Virus record (IMG/VR): IMGVR_UViG_3300036715_000633
Span: 1 to 56,376 of that record
Origin: a virus
Taxonomy: Duplodnaviria; Caudoviricetes
Length of the DNA: 56,376 bases
Reading direction: 5' to 3' (one strand)
This document shows positions 17,701 through 27,206 of this stretch, in pieces. A model generated the notes under the pieces. That model did not search any database. It was not told where the DNA came from and saw only the letters and a program-made list of their open reading frames with translations. Numbering within the stretch: the first letter of the stretch is position 1; every line of letters starts with the position of its first letter. The translations under genes were made by a program, and so were the position numbers.

Positions 17701-19538
17701 TGCGCAGCCAGCGTGGTCGTCGTCACGCCGAAACGAGAACTACCATTCAAAGCGGCGACCCGTTCATAGTTCGCACCCGTCAAGCTGGTCCAAATCTCAC
17801 AGCCGCCGTACATCGGACCGCCGCCTGTTGCCAGCCAGATATCAAGTCCGTCGGTGCTTTGCGCAAGCGATACAGGCGCCTCGAATATAACAGGCGCGGC
17901 AGCGTTGCCAGGGTCGGCATTATAGTTGTGCGCAAATCCATTTCCGCTGCCCGAAGGATACATCGTCGCCGATGCGCTACCTTTAGGGAATTCCTCGGCG
18001 ACAATCGCCAATTCGCCGCTTTCGCTTTCATCAATCGAAATGATGCGGACCGGCTGTTGCGCCAATCCGAGCCCGTCGTCGGTCAACGTAACGAGGTCCA
18101 TTGGTTCAAGTGCAACCTTATTCCAGCCGACCTTGAAATCGTAGGTGTTGCGGATAAACATCGACCGCTGGAGGATCAACTGCGCAACAATGCGCGCCAC
18201 CCGCACATCACAAATCCAGTGGGCTGAAATTGTGGACATGACACGAAGGCCCGATTCTTGAATATCAGCCTGATCCTTCGCTTCGGCGATGGCAATATTG
18301 TAGAAATTACCTCGGTCGAGGAATTCGATTTTTACGCAGTTGAATGTATCAGTCTGGGCGCTGCGACTGACCTTGATTGGATCTTCGCCAGGGCTCGAAA
18401 TGAAATCATCGTCCGTCAGGTCGTAAATTGGCGTCGTGTTCGGAGTAAATCCCACGTAGTAGGGCGAATGCGCAGCAATCGCGGTATCCGTGTAGGGAAT
18501 GAACTTGAGGACACCTTCTGACCACACCATGCCGACGTTCGTTAGCTGCGCCATTTGGGCCAAAAAGTCGATGGCAGGTGCTTGTTGCGTCAGTGCAGGG
18601 CTGACAAAAATACCTTGCGCGATACATGCGTTTTTATAGTCGGTCAGTCCACCGATTTTGTCGGAACCGAACGTGGCGCCGTATTGTGGATTGCTCAGGA
18701 AATCGAAAACAACATCGGACGGTATCGCGTCCCCGACATCGCTAAACTGTGCGGGCGCATCAACCTCGAACGAGTGATTATCTACCTCAGCGCTACCCGT
18801 GAGGCTATATTCGGCGCCCATCACATAGGCAACGCTCGAATAGCCAACAGCTTCCAATGGGAAGTTGGTAGTTAAATACGACCACGGAGCCTGCGCAGGT
18901 GTCCCCATGGTCAGATCAAGCCCTAACGCACCCAGCGCCGTCTCGCCCGGCGTCATTGAGGAGTACGTGTAGGTGATTTGAACGTCACGCCCTGCCATGC
19001 TGATAGTACCTGCTGGCGTCATCACTGTGGCGTTAATCGTATAAACCCCACTTGTTGCGCTGTAATCAACGCCACGCAGCAACGATACCCAAACCTCGTT
19101 GCCAAACAACCCTGGCGCCGAAACCTGCACGGATACATCGGCCCACGCTGTCGTATTAGCTACCGTAATATGCGCCGCGTAAGTGTGAATTTCCGAGGTC
19201 TTTTGCATCTGGTTAGATGTCGGAATGCCCGAATAAAAACTTTTACCTCGCCACGCATTGCGAATGCCCGTGATAGGACCTTCCGCAAGCGCCATCATTA
19301 CAGCGGCGCTGTACGTGTAGGTTGTGGTACTTTGCTTGATGCCGCCCGCGCCACCCTTGCCGCCCGATTGGGTCGTTTCAGTGTGAGGGCTTGCCTTAAA
19401 GTCACCGTACCAGATAAGATTGCCGGTAATGCGCGTGCGACCCCATACGATCGGCAGGACGAGTCCGTAGCTGGATTGCTGAATGTTTACCGCACCTACC
19501 GCAGGCGTGATATTGCTAATCGTTTTTGATCCGCTCAT
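14727..19538 (-). CDS. Tail tip / host-specificity protein (GTA/J-like hub, FN3-like domains, fibre) with C-terminal peptidase S74 chaperone
   Basis: N-terminal YGLVLPIVWGRTRITGNLIW; FN3-like PPIAPTGL; Gly/Ser/Thr-rich shaft; SDIRIK...HHGFITQE...NYQELIAPIVRAIQE. Confidence 0.88.
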   Translation of the reverse strand: MSGSKTISNITPAVGAVNIQQSSYGLVLPIVWGRTRITGNLIWYGDFKASPHTETTQSGGKGGAGGIKQSTTTYTYSAAVMMALAEGPITGIRNAWRGKSFYSGIPTSNQMQKTSEIHTYAAHITVANTTAWADVSVQVSAPGLFGNEVWVSLLRGVDYSATSGVYTINATVMTPAGTISMAGRDVQITYTYSSMTPGETALGALGLDLTMGTPAQAPWSYLTTNFPLEAVGYSSVAYVMGAEYSLTGSAEVDNHSFEVDAPAQFSDVGDAIPSDVVFDFLSNPQYGATFGSDKIGGLTDYKNACIAQGIFVSPALTQQAPAIDFLAQMAQLTNVGMVWSEGVLKFIPYTDTAIAAHSPYYVGFTPNTTPIYDLTDDDFISSPGEDPIKVSRSAQTDTFNCVKIEFLDRGNFYNIAIAEAKDQADIQESGLRVMSTISAHWICDVRVARIVAQLILQRSMFIRNTYDFKVGWNKVALEPMDLVTLTDDGLGLAQQPVRIISIDESESGELAIVAEEFPKGSASATMYPSGSGNGFAHNYNADPGNAAAPVIFEAPVSLAQSTDGLDIWLATGGGPMYGGCEIWTSLTGANYERVAALNGSSRFGVTTTTLAAHSASGVYSETVGVHLTSGGQIIAGTTADMNSLTTLCYIGGEFLSYEGATLTGVGAYTLGPSLNRGGYLSGSSSQASGSAFVRCDAGIAKFPLTADYIGKTIHVKLRAYNIYGGALQDLSAVADYTYTITGIQANNPPIAPTGLALEGAFTINTAKFKWDRIANAVSYNVQIWAGSTLAMVRQVNVGNALRYDYSFADATTDGGPWRNLTIKVQGINKNGAAGPFATLAVSNPQVGALTGTQVIGGASYLQFNCAKPGDPDFAGIRIWISTTAGFTPTTGDIVFDGPATNYTISSMPGGSPIASGTDYYVKFAGYDSFDKNSLTIGAIGPVTTNSGATGNQAATAYLYMWSTVTPSAPTGTSTFTWATGANSAYSGSDGWGTSIPANSGAPGLTLFVATKPISAAIGTATSTVSYSTANVAGWSQNGAPGAKSATATAYKWSATGAPTATGTATWTWATASYNTPPSTSWSISIPASPGQGYTLYQASYALVDTTGATTSSINWTSATIQGIGYTGSNGGSGSNGVSATVAYALVTGNPTISAPASVTVAGTGLPAYNSWGQGETWQSSVPVPAANQSVFMSNGLYNSTAAQTVWNLPYLAALKVGSLSALTVNTGTLTVDTAGYIQGGQSGYNSGAGFFLGYSGGVYKFSIGNGSGKALTWDGSTFTLTGAAINIGGGNFQVNGSTGSVTIYDLTTSNIVGDNTPNPTQPAISAKSINLSSQPAIKAIAGAGDAITATGPITMSGRSTSAGVTSNGSLSVTSGGISVSSGGLTVSAGGLTSSGTTAVNGSGTSYGGYFTAPSGAGLYCSGFQALQINGAIVHTAGSGTANFNSVVPNANNTYQLGASGNVWSSCWVQGGVFNGSDIRIKYDVRDSDLGRAFINKLRSRVYKMRVGATDVKLEPEQAGPGIDGLPIPQQQIVTTRPGVRDHHGFITQELREALGTDNAGMWVLADKNDPDSAQFLNYQELIAPIVRAIQEIDADLQILKNKG

Positions 19539-19539
19539 T

Positions 19540-19953
19540 TTATTTCCAAAGGGTGAAATATTTAACTGCGCGACCCCTGAACACTTCGGCGTCTATTTTT
19601 TCGTACCGAACGCCTTGCCCGATATAGGAATGAATTATTAGCCCATTCCCAATGTAAATTGCCCCATGCGAGAAGCAACGACCAAATTTCCATACAACCA
19701 CATCGCCTATTTCGGGTGTTTCAATTTCTTTGCCGTACTGCTGAACCCATCCCAGATACCGCTCGGAATCGCGGTGCATGTGCCAATCGGGGGGATATGG
19801 TGTCGGATCGATGTGCGGGACGAGGCCGACGGCTTCGTACACTTCGCACAGCAGGGTGGCGCAATCGACGCCAGCGCCCTTAACGCGACCTTGATGGTGG
19901 TAAGGTGTGCCTAGCCACTCTTTCGCCGCTTGTACCACGTTTTCGCGCATCAT
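19540..19953 (-). CDS. NlpC/P60 tail-tip peptidase (lambda K-like)
   Basis: WLGTPYHHQG, GVDC, HGAIY. Confidence 0.9.
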   Translation of the reverse strand: MMRENVVQAAKEWLGTPYHHQGRVKGAGVDCATLLCEVYEAVGLVPHIDPTPYPPDWHMHRDSERYLGWVQQYGKEIETPEIGDVVVWKFGRCFSHGAIYIGNGLIIHSYIGQGVRYEKIDAEVFRGRAVKYFTLWK

Positions 19954-20804
19954 GCGGCGGTCTCCGGTACGGGGATATATTCAAAACCTTTAAAGTTAAT
20001 CACGTTATTGTATTTATTCGCACAGTCGCCATTCCGTAGTTTATCGCAACCAGGGGTCAGGATGAAACTGTCGGAGGCCTGAACATCGAACGGGAAAGGA
20101 TTCGTGGCGTAGATAACGCCAGACAGGTACGATTTGACGGTGCGCGTAAGGCCCTCGTTCGCGCCCGATGTGAATTTAACAGCACCCATCTGGAAGTAAC
20201 CGTCAACGAAACTACCCGTCCCGCCAAATATCGCGTTGCTTGTAACTGTGGTTACGGTGCCGGAATACATATAGGTATTTACGTTAACCGCGCACCCAAT
20301 GTCATACAGCGTATGCAGGCACGCAGACTGGTACAGGTTTTGCGGCATTTGCATATTTAATTTGTCGAGGTCTGATTTAATCGTCAGATGCAAGACCGTC
20401 CGCTGGATTACAGGTTTTGCCACGTTACCCGTAAATAGCAAAATAGAATCAACCGGCGTGTTCCAGTCGCTCATATACAGACGCGACAAGGTCACCTTTG
20501 CATTGTCGAACATGCCGAGAACTGCCGCACGAAGCATAGGGATGCTGTTGACCACAATCGACTCATCCGCGGGAAACGATACGTCCAGCGTGTCAACCTC
20601 AACACCTGTCACCCATCGAACTTTTGACCGCGTCAGCCCTGCCGGTGCAGGCAACCAATTGAACCCGCCAAAGTTGATAATGGTGCCCGCCGTCGAATAG
20701 CGCAACGTTACGCCATTTTTTAATACGAAAGTAAAAAGATCCACCATAATGAATTCGGTGGATGTGTTCAAAAATGCGATTAGTGCCGGCGATACGGTGC
20801 GCAT
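19950..20804 (-). CDS. Tail hub protein (DUF2163/BR0599 family, GTA-like)
   Basis: CLHTLYDIGC and GCDK...C..KYNNVINFKGFEYIP. ATG at 20804 overlaps the upstream stop. Confidence 0.85.
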   Translation of the reverse strand: MRTVSPALIAFLNTSTEFIMVDLFTFVLKNGVTLRYSTAGTIINFGGFNWLPAPAGLTRSKVRWVTGVEVDTLDVSFPADESIVVNSIPMLRAAVLGMFDNAKVTLSRLYMSDWNTPVDSILLFTGNVAKPVIQRTVLHLTIKSDLDKLNMQMPQNLYQSACLHTLYDIGCAVNVNTYMYSGTVTTVTSNAIFGGTGSFVDGYFQMGAVKFTSGANEGLTRTVKSYLSGVIYATNPFPFDVQASDSFILTPGCDKLRNGDCANKYNNVINFKGFEYIPVPETAA

Positions 20805-21394
20805 CAAATAACCCCTGTAAGTTCGACCTTTTTTGAGGTCCAAAAGTCTTTCATAAACTGTTCAAACTCGTTGGAATCCTTAGCGAACCGGACGCGGTAA
20901 TAATAGAAACCCGACCACGTAATAGCGACTCCTGCCGCAGGTGCGGTTGCGAACGTAACACCCGTACCATCAGGGGTGAACATAACGCCGGTCATTACTT
21001 GCGCGCCGTTTGCGTAGATAATTGCCTGATTTGAATAACCGATAGGTTCAGTAAATGCCCCGATGGTGTGTAGTAATGGGAAGGTAACTGTGTGACCGTC
21101 ACCGATGCCGATAGGTTGTGCAGTCACATAATTATTATCAGGGTCCTTATACAGGAACGACTCAAACGACCCCATGCGCAGATTAAAAAATGAAACCAGC
21201 GACTGATACTCCGCATGGGCGGCGTCGGCGCGTAGAACTTCATACGACAGTTGGAATTTCCAAATAGGTCGTGAGTAGTAGGCCGCACGCAGTTCCTTGC
21301 CGCTAGTCGCGGATTGCACGCGCGTGGACCATGTCGGGATTTTTGTTACGCCCCATGACAGGCCAGGGAATTCAGGGAATATTGCATTACTCAT
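20804..21394 (-). CDS. Distal tail protein (DUF2460 family, GTA-like)
   Basis: SGKELR, FFNLRMGSFESFLYKDP, IGIGDG..VTFPL, YYRVRF. Confidence 0.85.
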   Translation of the reverse strand: MSNAIFPEFPGLSWGVTKIPTWSTRVQSATSGKELRAAYYSRPIWKFQLSYEVLRADAAHAEYQSLVSFFNLRMGSFESFLYKDPDNNYVTAQPIGIGDGHTVTFPLLHTIGAFTEPIGYSNQAIIYANGAQVMTGVMFTPDGTGVTFATAPAAGVAITWSGFYYYRVRFAKDSNEFEQFMKDFWTSKKVELTGVI

Positions 21395-24198
21395 TGGGCA
21401 AATTTCCGAAGTTGATCTTTTAAGGCATCGGCGAGGGCGCGTCCGTTATTTTTGAACAGACGGGCAACACTTTCGGCGTCCGTTGCGTGTACATGCAATT
21501 CTACACTTTTGCCGATACCACCGCCCTCTGCCATTTCCCGAACAGGCTGCGCGATGTTAGCTGGAAGTACCATTTCCTTTTCGTGCAACTGGGTCAACGG
21601 GTTGACACCGGCCGGAATGTCGAAACCTTTCGCCGCCGCTGGAATCGCTGCACCGAATGCCATTGCCGATGTGAACGCAGCAAGACCTGCAGCAGGAGCA
21701 ATTTCCCAACCGATAAGCGGGATGGCTGCGGCTGACGCTGTTGCGGCAGCACCTGCTACCGCGGCATTTCCCGCGACCCCGCTAATGGCGGCGGTTTTAC
21801 CCATCACCATCTCCAGAACTTTTTGGGTCGCCCACGCTGCCGCCATGTTCGCAAGGATACCTATCACGGCATCAACCATCCCCATCATAAAGGATTTCAT
21901 TGCCCCGCCTATCGACGCCGTACCGTTGGCGACAGACTTGATAGCACCCGCCATACCTGTTTGGAATGCGCTCATTCCCTGCATGACGTTTTTACTTTGC
22001 TCCACAGTCGCGGCAGTGCGAATCGTGCGCAGTTTCGCCTGATGGCCAACCTCTAACGATTCGATTTCACCATTGATTTTGGCAATCTCGACAATGTTTT
22101 TATCTGGATCACTTTTCGCAAGCAACAGGGCGTCCTGCAGCGCCTTAGCCTTAATAGCGTACCGGCGGTCCTCGAACGACTGTTCCTCGGCAAGTGTGGT
22201 CAAATTGTCTTGCACGCCCAACGCTTGTCGCAGCTTGGACATTTCCTCTTCGGCTGCAATAATGTCGGCGTCATGGTCCTGCTGGGTTTTTACGCGCAAA
22301 TTATCGATTTGTTTAAGCTGTTCGACAGCCTGCCGTTTGATATCAACGATGGCCTTTTGAGCCTCGAGATATTGCGTGCTTTCCTTACCGTACGCGGTCG
22401 TAACCTTCGCCAGATATTCGTTGGCAAATTCGAGCTTTTTATCGGTGTCGTTTTTGAACGCGTCTTGGGAGTTTTTAATACCCGCCAGTTCGACATCAAA
22501 AGCCTGTTTGGCGATAGCAATACGATCCTTGGCGATATTCATTTCGATGGCTTTATAATCCGCCGAACCTTTTTCTACCAATTTTAATTTGCTTTGCCAA
22601 AACTCCATTTCTTGCTGTTTGGTAAATTCGACGTAATGCCCAGCCAAGCCTTGTTTCGTTTCGTAATCAGCCTTACGCATCGCCAACTCGGATGCGAATT
22701 CTTTTACCAGGTTTTCTTTTTTCTGTTTGCCAAAATCAAGTTCTGGATCTTCGTGCTCCTGCTCCTGCCGCTTCTCTTTCGCGGGAGGTTTCAGCCCTGA
22801 CCACACGGCTTTGATTTCATCCCGTCCCTTTGTCGTGATGTCTACCAAGCGATTCATGCTGGCGGTCATTTCCTTGGCGAGGTCGCTTGTACCTTTTGCC
22901 GCCGCAGCCTTAACACCCGCCCAGTCAAATCGAATCGCCTTGCCCGCGACTTCCGCGAACGTAACAAACCCGATTTTCAAAGTATTAACCGCAACCTTCA
23001 GCGCCTCAAAGATGACCAACATGCCGACCTTAAAGCTGATAAAGAACGTTTTAAATCCATTCATCACGCTAGCCATGTAATCAATGTCTTTCGGGACCTG
23101 ATCGCCGAATACTGCATGTGCGACTGCGCCGAATACATCCGCGATCAATGTCGCCGCAACTTTGAGCCATTCAGCAAAGCCTTCAAAGATCGGCACGATT
23201 TGGTCGAACGCAGCACCGATTAACTCAAACGCAGGTTTGAGCGACGAAACCACGTAGGTCGTAATGGTCGAAAGCGAGGTGGACAGTTTCGAGAACGTCG
23301 GCAGCACAGCTTGACCCAGGTTGATAGCAATGGCTTTTGTGGCCAGATCAACCTCCTTCATGCTGTCCTTGTACGCTTTCGAGGCGGCAGCTTGTTCCGG
23401 CGATACTTCGAGATTCAGCGCCTTAACTTTGGCTTTCGCCTCGTCCATAGCTGCGCCGGTTAATTTCATCAGCGGTTTAATGTCCGACCATGATTTGCCG
23501 AACGCAGCCAAGCCAGCTTGCGTTTGCAGAATAGGGTTGTGGATTTGTTTAATCTTTTCGACAGCATCGCCGATAAGGTCCATTGCAGGTCGGAATTGAC
23601 CCGATGCAGTTTTAGTTTCAATGCCCAGCGTTTTGAAACCCGTGCCACCTTTCATCAACTGCATGGAGATTTTTTGAACAGCCGTGCCGAGCGTGTCAGT
23701 TTCAACGCCCAGCTTTTGCATGGCGACCATGTAGACCGAAGCCTGCTGGGTTGAAATTCCCAATTGCTTGGAAAGTTTCATCGCCTCGCCGTTCCACGAG
23801 TTCGTTGCGGAAATCGCCTCTTTGAACATCGCCCCGCCGGCCATAATACCCGTCAGGAGGCCTAAGTTGCTTTTGACTAGATCGAACGCGCCCGAAATAC
23901 CGCCTAGCGACGACTTGACGCCCGCAGCAGCACCTTTCAAGCCCCCTTGCAGTGCTTCACCGGTCGCAGTTGTCGAAGCGGCTACAGACGCTGTAGAACC
24001 CGCGATATGCGACGCCATTTTCGCAAAAGCTGACGCAATTCCGTTCGTGGAGGATTGCGTTTGCTCCTCCATCTTTTTAACGCCAGCAGCCATCGCAGCC
24101 GTGTTGGCTTCGACGGTTTTCGTTGCCGCAGCCATATCGGCGGGCAGCTTAGTGGAGTCTGCCGAAATTACATATTTTAGGTCCAGATCAGTCGCCAT
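21391..24198 (-). CDS. Tape measure protein
   Basis: 935 aa, Ala-rich and helical, downstream of the tail chaperones. C-terminal AAKGFDIPAGVNPLTQLHEKEMVLPA. Confidence 0.92.
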   Translation of the reverse strand: MATDLDLKYVISADSTKLPADMAAATKTVEANTAAMAAGVKKMEEQTQSSTNGIASAFAKMASHIAGSTASVAASTTATGEALQGGLKGAAAGVKSSLGGISGAFDLVKSNLGLLTGIMAGGAMFKEAISATNSWNGEAMKLSKQLGISTQQASVYMVAMQKLGVETDTLGTAVQKISMQLMKGGTGFKTLGIETKTASGQFRPAMDLIGDAVEKIKQIHNPILQTQAGLAAFGKSWSDIKPLMKLTGAAMDEAKAKVKALNLEVSPEQAAASKAYKDSMKEVDLATKAIAINLGQAVLPTFSKLSTSLSTITTYVVSSLKPAFELIGAAFDQIVPIFEGFAEWLKVAATLIADVFGAVAHAVFGDQVPKDIDYMASVMNGFKTFFISFKVGMLVIFEALKVAVNTLKIGFVTFAEVAGKAIRFDWAGVKAAAAKGTSDLAKEMTASMNRLVDITTKGRDEIKAVWSGLKPPAKEKRQEQEHEDPELDFGKQKKENLVKEFASELAMRKADYETKQGLAGHYVEFTKQQEMEFWQSKLKLVEKGSADYKAIEMNIAKDRIAIAKQAFDVELAGIKNSQDAFKNDTDKKLEFANEYLAKVTTAYGKESTQYLEAQKAIVDIKRQAVEQLKQIDNLRVKTQQDHDADIIAAEEEMSKLRQALGVQDNLTTLAEEQSFEDRRYAIKAKALQDALLLAKSDPDKNIVEIAKINGEIESLEVGHQAKLRTIRTAATVEQSKNVMQGMSAFQTGMAGAIKSVANGTASIGGAMKSFMMGMVDAVIGILANMAAAWATQKVLEMVMGKTAAISGVAGNAAVAGAAATASAAAIPLIGWEIAPAAGLAAFTSAMAFGAAIPAAAKGFDIPAGVNPLTQLHEKEMVLPANIAQPVREMAEGGGIGKSVELHVHATDAESVARLFKNNGRALADALKDQLRKFAQ

Positions 24199-24490
24199 GG
24201 TGTGTTATCGCCGGTGGAGTGAATACATATTTGGGAGCGTTTGCGATAATGTTGGCAAGCGCCTGATTTTCTTCCGCAGATGGTGCGATGGGCTTTAGAT
24301 CGGGAGCTTTAAATCCTACATGCGCAGCCAGCAGGATGTGCATCGGGGGATGCTTCGCCCAATACGAGGTTAGAGTTTTAAGGGTAGGCAAGTCGATATT
24401 ATTGCCCACGTATTCCAGCGTCCAACCTGCGCTGATAGCTACGTGGACAATAAGTTCATCCCAGTCTATTGACTCGCCGACGCTTCCCCC
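24188..24490 (-). CDS. Tail assembly chaperone GT extension, reached by -1 frameshift
   Basis: The -1 frame from GGGGGAA reads GSVGESIDWDELIVHVAISAGWTLEYVGNNIDLP and continues into ORF 24188..24409. Confidence 0.75.
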   Translation of the reverse strand, partial: GGSVGESIDWDELIVHVAISAGWTLEYVGNNIDLPTLKTLTSYWAKHPPMHILLAAHVGFKAPDLKPIAPSAEENQALANIIANAPKYVFTPPAITHHGD

Positions 24491-24789
24491 GTCGATGCGA
24501 CCTGTTCAGTAACAACGAAGCCGTTGGCAGCGGTGAACGCCTTAACCACATCGCCGTAATTGAGCATGTCCACGGAGTCCTCGACCTCTTCCACTTTGAG
24601 TTCGGGATAGTTGCGCAACAGGCTCCAGTAAACGGCTTGGATCAGAGTGTCCACGTAACCGTCGGACGCAATGGTGCCAGTCATCAGCGGGGATGCCTCT
24701 TTGAGGCGTTTCAGCGGCAGCGCGGGCAAGATATATTCCTGCCTGCCCAGTTTCAGGGGTACGCCTTGATATTTCAGATCGTTGGTCAT
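24466..24789 (-). CDS. Tail assembly chaperone G
   Basis: Located between the major tail and tape measure genes; slippery GGGGGAA near the 3' end. Confidence 0.8.
   Translation of the reverse strand: MTNDLKYQGVPLKLGRQEYILPALPLKRLKEASPLMTGTIASDGYVDTLIQAVYWSLLRNYPELKVEEVEDSVDMLNYGDVVKAFTAANGFVVTEQVASTGEASASQ
24484..24490 (-). other. Programmed -1 ribosomal frameshift site GGGGGAA
   Basis: ACG GGG GAA GCG on the - strand joins the two chaperone frames. Confidence 0.7.
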
Positions 24790-24797
24790 GTTTAGCC

Positions 24798-25562
24798 TTA
24801 TTCAGTCGTTGCCCAGTACATCGCATTGCCCGCTGCATCAGCGAAGCCCGAGAAATCGAACTCAGGGATCACGAAGTCATCCTGTTTCGTCGCAATGGTG
24901 AACTTGGACGAAATGCAGTTCGGAATCGTGACGATCAGCGATTTGCCGCCGTATGGCAGGTACAGGTCACCTTTGAAGGTTGGAGCCTGGCCCATCAGTA
25001 CGTTTTTAACCGTCGATTTCTGCGCAGTCGTGCTGGTCGCGGTGTATTGGTAGCTGATAAATACGGTTTTGGCGACATCGGCAGCGGCGAACAGATAAGC
25101 ACCCGTCGCAACGTTGACCGAGTATTGACCTGCGGCAGGTGCAGACGCCACACGAGTCATCGGCAGACCGTTCGCGTCACGGACACCCAGATCGTAGGAG
25201 AAGGTGCCCGAGCTTGGAGGTACAATCGTGATGGTAAACGGCGTGGACGGAATCGCTGCGCCTGCAACGTCGTAATAATTCGACACGATACCGTCGGTGA
25301 CAGTTTGACCGAATACCAAGCTATTCAGTGCTGCACCGCTGACCTGGGCGAATTTGGCTTTGCCGGCCATTTTGCCTTTACCGCGACCGACAGCCACAGG
25401 GAATTGCGCTTGACCGTACAGTTCCTTGGTGTCGAAACTGATATCGATGGAAATTTCCTGCATCACGCCCAGCTGGACGGGAGTAGGGTTGGCAATTGCG
25501 TTGCCAGCGGCGTCCTGCAATGGGGTGCCCCAAAAAACACCAGAACCGAATAAAAATTGCAT
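24798..25562 (-). CDS. Major tail tube protein
   Basis: Synteny; FGSG..., KELYGQAQFPVAVGRGK, KQDDFVIPEFDF. Confidence 0.8.
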   Translation of the reverse strand: MQFLFGSGVFWGTPLQDAAGNAIANPTPVQLGVMQEISIDISFDTKELYGQAQFPVAVGRGKGKMAGKAKFAQVSGAALNSLVFGQTVTDGIVSNYYDVAGAAIPSTPFTITIVPPSSGTFSYDLGVRDANGLPMTRVASAPAAGQYSVNVATGAYLFAAADVAKTVFISYQYTATSTTAQKSTVKNVLMGQAPTFKGDLYLPYGGKSLIVTIPNCISSKFTIATKQDDFVIPEFDFSGFADAAGNAMYWATTE

Positions 25563-25573
25563 GATAACTCCTT

Positions 25574-26017
25574 TTAGGTTACTAGGATTTTGACGGGGAC
25601 AATGGCGACAGCTTCGGCACCTAAATCCCCTTCAAAGATTTGTGTCTGACCTTCGATCCAGCAATGGTGTACTAATCCGCCAAGCGTCTGCGTATAGTTA
25701 CCATCGTTGGACGGGGTCAGAGATTTTTCAATTCCGTCCAACAAAGGATTAATGATAGGGCCGACTTCGCCCTCGTTCGTTTGCAAATACAGCCACAAAT
25801 TAATTTCCAAAACATTCTTGGTTGGCTGACGGCTTGCGGGTACCGCTTGCTCTCCAGTCTGTTCCATATACAGCGCCGGTTGATCTTCGGGACCGACATC
25901 AGCCCAATGTTTCAATCGACGGGTGAACGTTTTAACGAGGCCCGACATTGACGGAGCCTGTTGAATGTGGTTAAACAGAGCCAAGTAGGCTTGTTCGCGG
26001 GAAGTGATGGTAATCAT
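25574..26017 (-). CDS. Tail terminator / completion protein
   Basis: QPALY...TLGGLVHHCWI; position just before the tail tube gene. Confidence 0.7.
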   Translation of the reverse strand: MITITSREQAYLALFNHIQQAPSMSGLVKTFTRRLKHWADVGPEDQPALYMEQTGEQAVPASRQPTKNVLEINLWLYLQTNEGEVGPIINPLLDGIEKSLTPSNDGNYTQTLGGLVHHCWIEGQTQIFEGDLGAEAVAIVPVKILVT

Positions 26018-26529
26018 TTAAGCGCCTCCGCCATTGCTCCACGCATTTCTTTTTGGATCATTGGCATATTTTCCTCAACCGATGGCGCAAGGAACGGCCG
26101 TTTCGGAATGTTCATTTTCATGGCGTGAGCCTTGACCACATGGGCGCGAACATCAACTATCCGCGGCTCCTTCATGGGCTGGCCAAACGCCATTGTTTGC
26201 ATACGACTAAACGCCTTGACCGTGTGTTCCTTTACCGTCACCTCGCCCTGGAAACCTTCTTCGTGTGCGCGTGCGTACTTGACGTTGGTACCCACGATGC
26301 CTCGAAAGTTTGAATCCTCGCCATCAAATTGCGCAGTAATCGACCGACGAAGGCGACCCGTGCGAACGCGCAAAACCTGATCCGTCAACTTTTCGGATTT
26401 GATGTACCCGACCAGCGATAAGGCGATGCGTTTGATGGCTGCAACGAGGCGAGACCTGGCGTTGGTCGCAACCGCATCGGTCACGCCCTTTGCCTTCTTC
26501 TCGCCTAGCAGTTGCATCCTTATGGTCAT
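26014..26529 (-). CDS. Virion morphogenesis / neck protein (HK97 gp10-like)
   Basis: RTGRLRRSI, VGTNVKYARAHEEG, IPKRPFL. Confidence 0.8.
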   Translation of the reverse strand: MTIRMQLLGEKKAKGVTDAVATNARSRLVAAIKRIALSLVGYIKSEKLTDQVLRVRTGRLRRSITAQFDGEDSNFRGIVGTNVKYARAHEEGFQGEVTVKEHTVKAFSRMQTMAFGQPMKEPRIVDVRAHVVKAHAMKMNIPKRPFLAPSVEENMPMIQKEMRGAMAEALK

Positions 26530-27149
26530 TGTCCCGATTCCGGAATAGTGTTCAAATAATTTTCAAGAATATCCTTGGCTGCGGACGGAATACCCTTGCT
26601 GCCCGAGGATGTGCCCGAAGGTCCATCTGTGAAGGTAACCGATTCGCTGGCAAGCGATTTGCTGCCAATCCCTAAGCGACTTCGCTCATTCGCTCGGGTT
26701 ATTATATACATATTGAGGGCCATTTGCAGATCGTCAGGCCATGGGATTATGTCGGTCCCGCCAGGCCCTGACGCATCGCCGTAACCCGCAGATAATTGGA
26801 TCGCCACATTTCGCAGTCCTTGCGCGAATTTGTAGCCTCGCAGCATCAAGGCTCGACCATTGGGCGGAAACCAGTACCCGGGCGAGACACCATCCGACGC
26901 TGGAATTTTGATACCGTCAATCGTCAGACTTGCGATGGACAATATCGGATAATTGGCTAGCATCATTCGTGCCGAGCCATTACCATCGCGGTATTCGACG
27001 CGGTCGGAACTTGCAAAATCACGGTTGCAAAATGCACCAATACCCTTCAAGGAGCTAGGTATCAGGCTTGCGTACAGTGCATCCTTGTTGGCGTCAGTAA
27101 TGCCCGCGTATAGCTTAATATCGGCTACGGTCGTTGCTGCTGTTGTCAT
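26526..27149 (-). CDS. Head-tail connector/adaptor
   Basis: FCNRDF, YPILSIASLTIDG, AGY...PDDLQMA; follows the capsid gene. Confidence 0.75.
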   Translation of the reverse strand: MTTAATTVADIKLYAGITDANKDALYASLIPSSLKGIGAFCNRDFASSDRVEYRDGNGSARMMLANYPILSIASLTIDGIKIPASDGVSPGYWFPPNGRALMLRGYKFAQGLRNVAIQLSAGYGDASGPGGTDIIPWPDDLQMALNMYIITRANERSRLGIGSKSLASESVTFTDGPSGTSSGSKGIPSAAKDILENYLNTIPESGQ

Positions 27150-27160
27150 ATCTACTCCTG

Positions 27161-27192
27161 AAAAAATAGGCGGAATAAATCCGCCTATTTTT
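27161..27192. terminator. Bidirectional intrinsic terminator after the major capsid gene
   Basis: AAAAAATAGGCGGA-ATAAA-TCCGCCTATTTTT. Confidence 0.85.
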
Positions 27193-27206
27193 AACCGATC
27201 ACCGAA

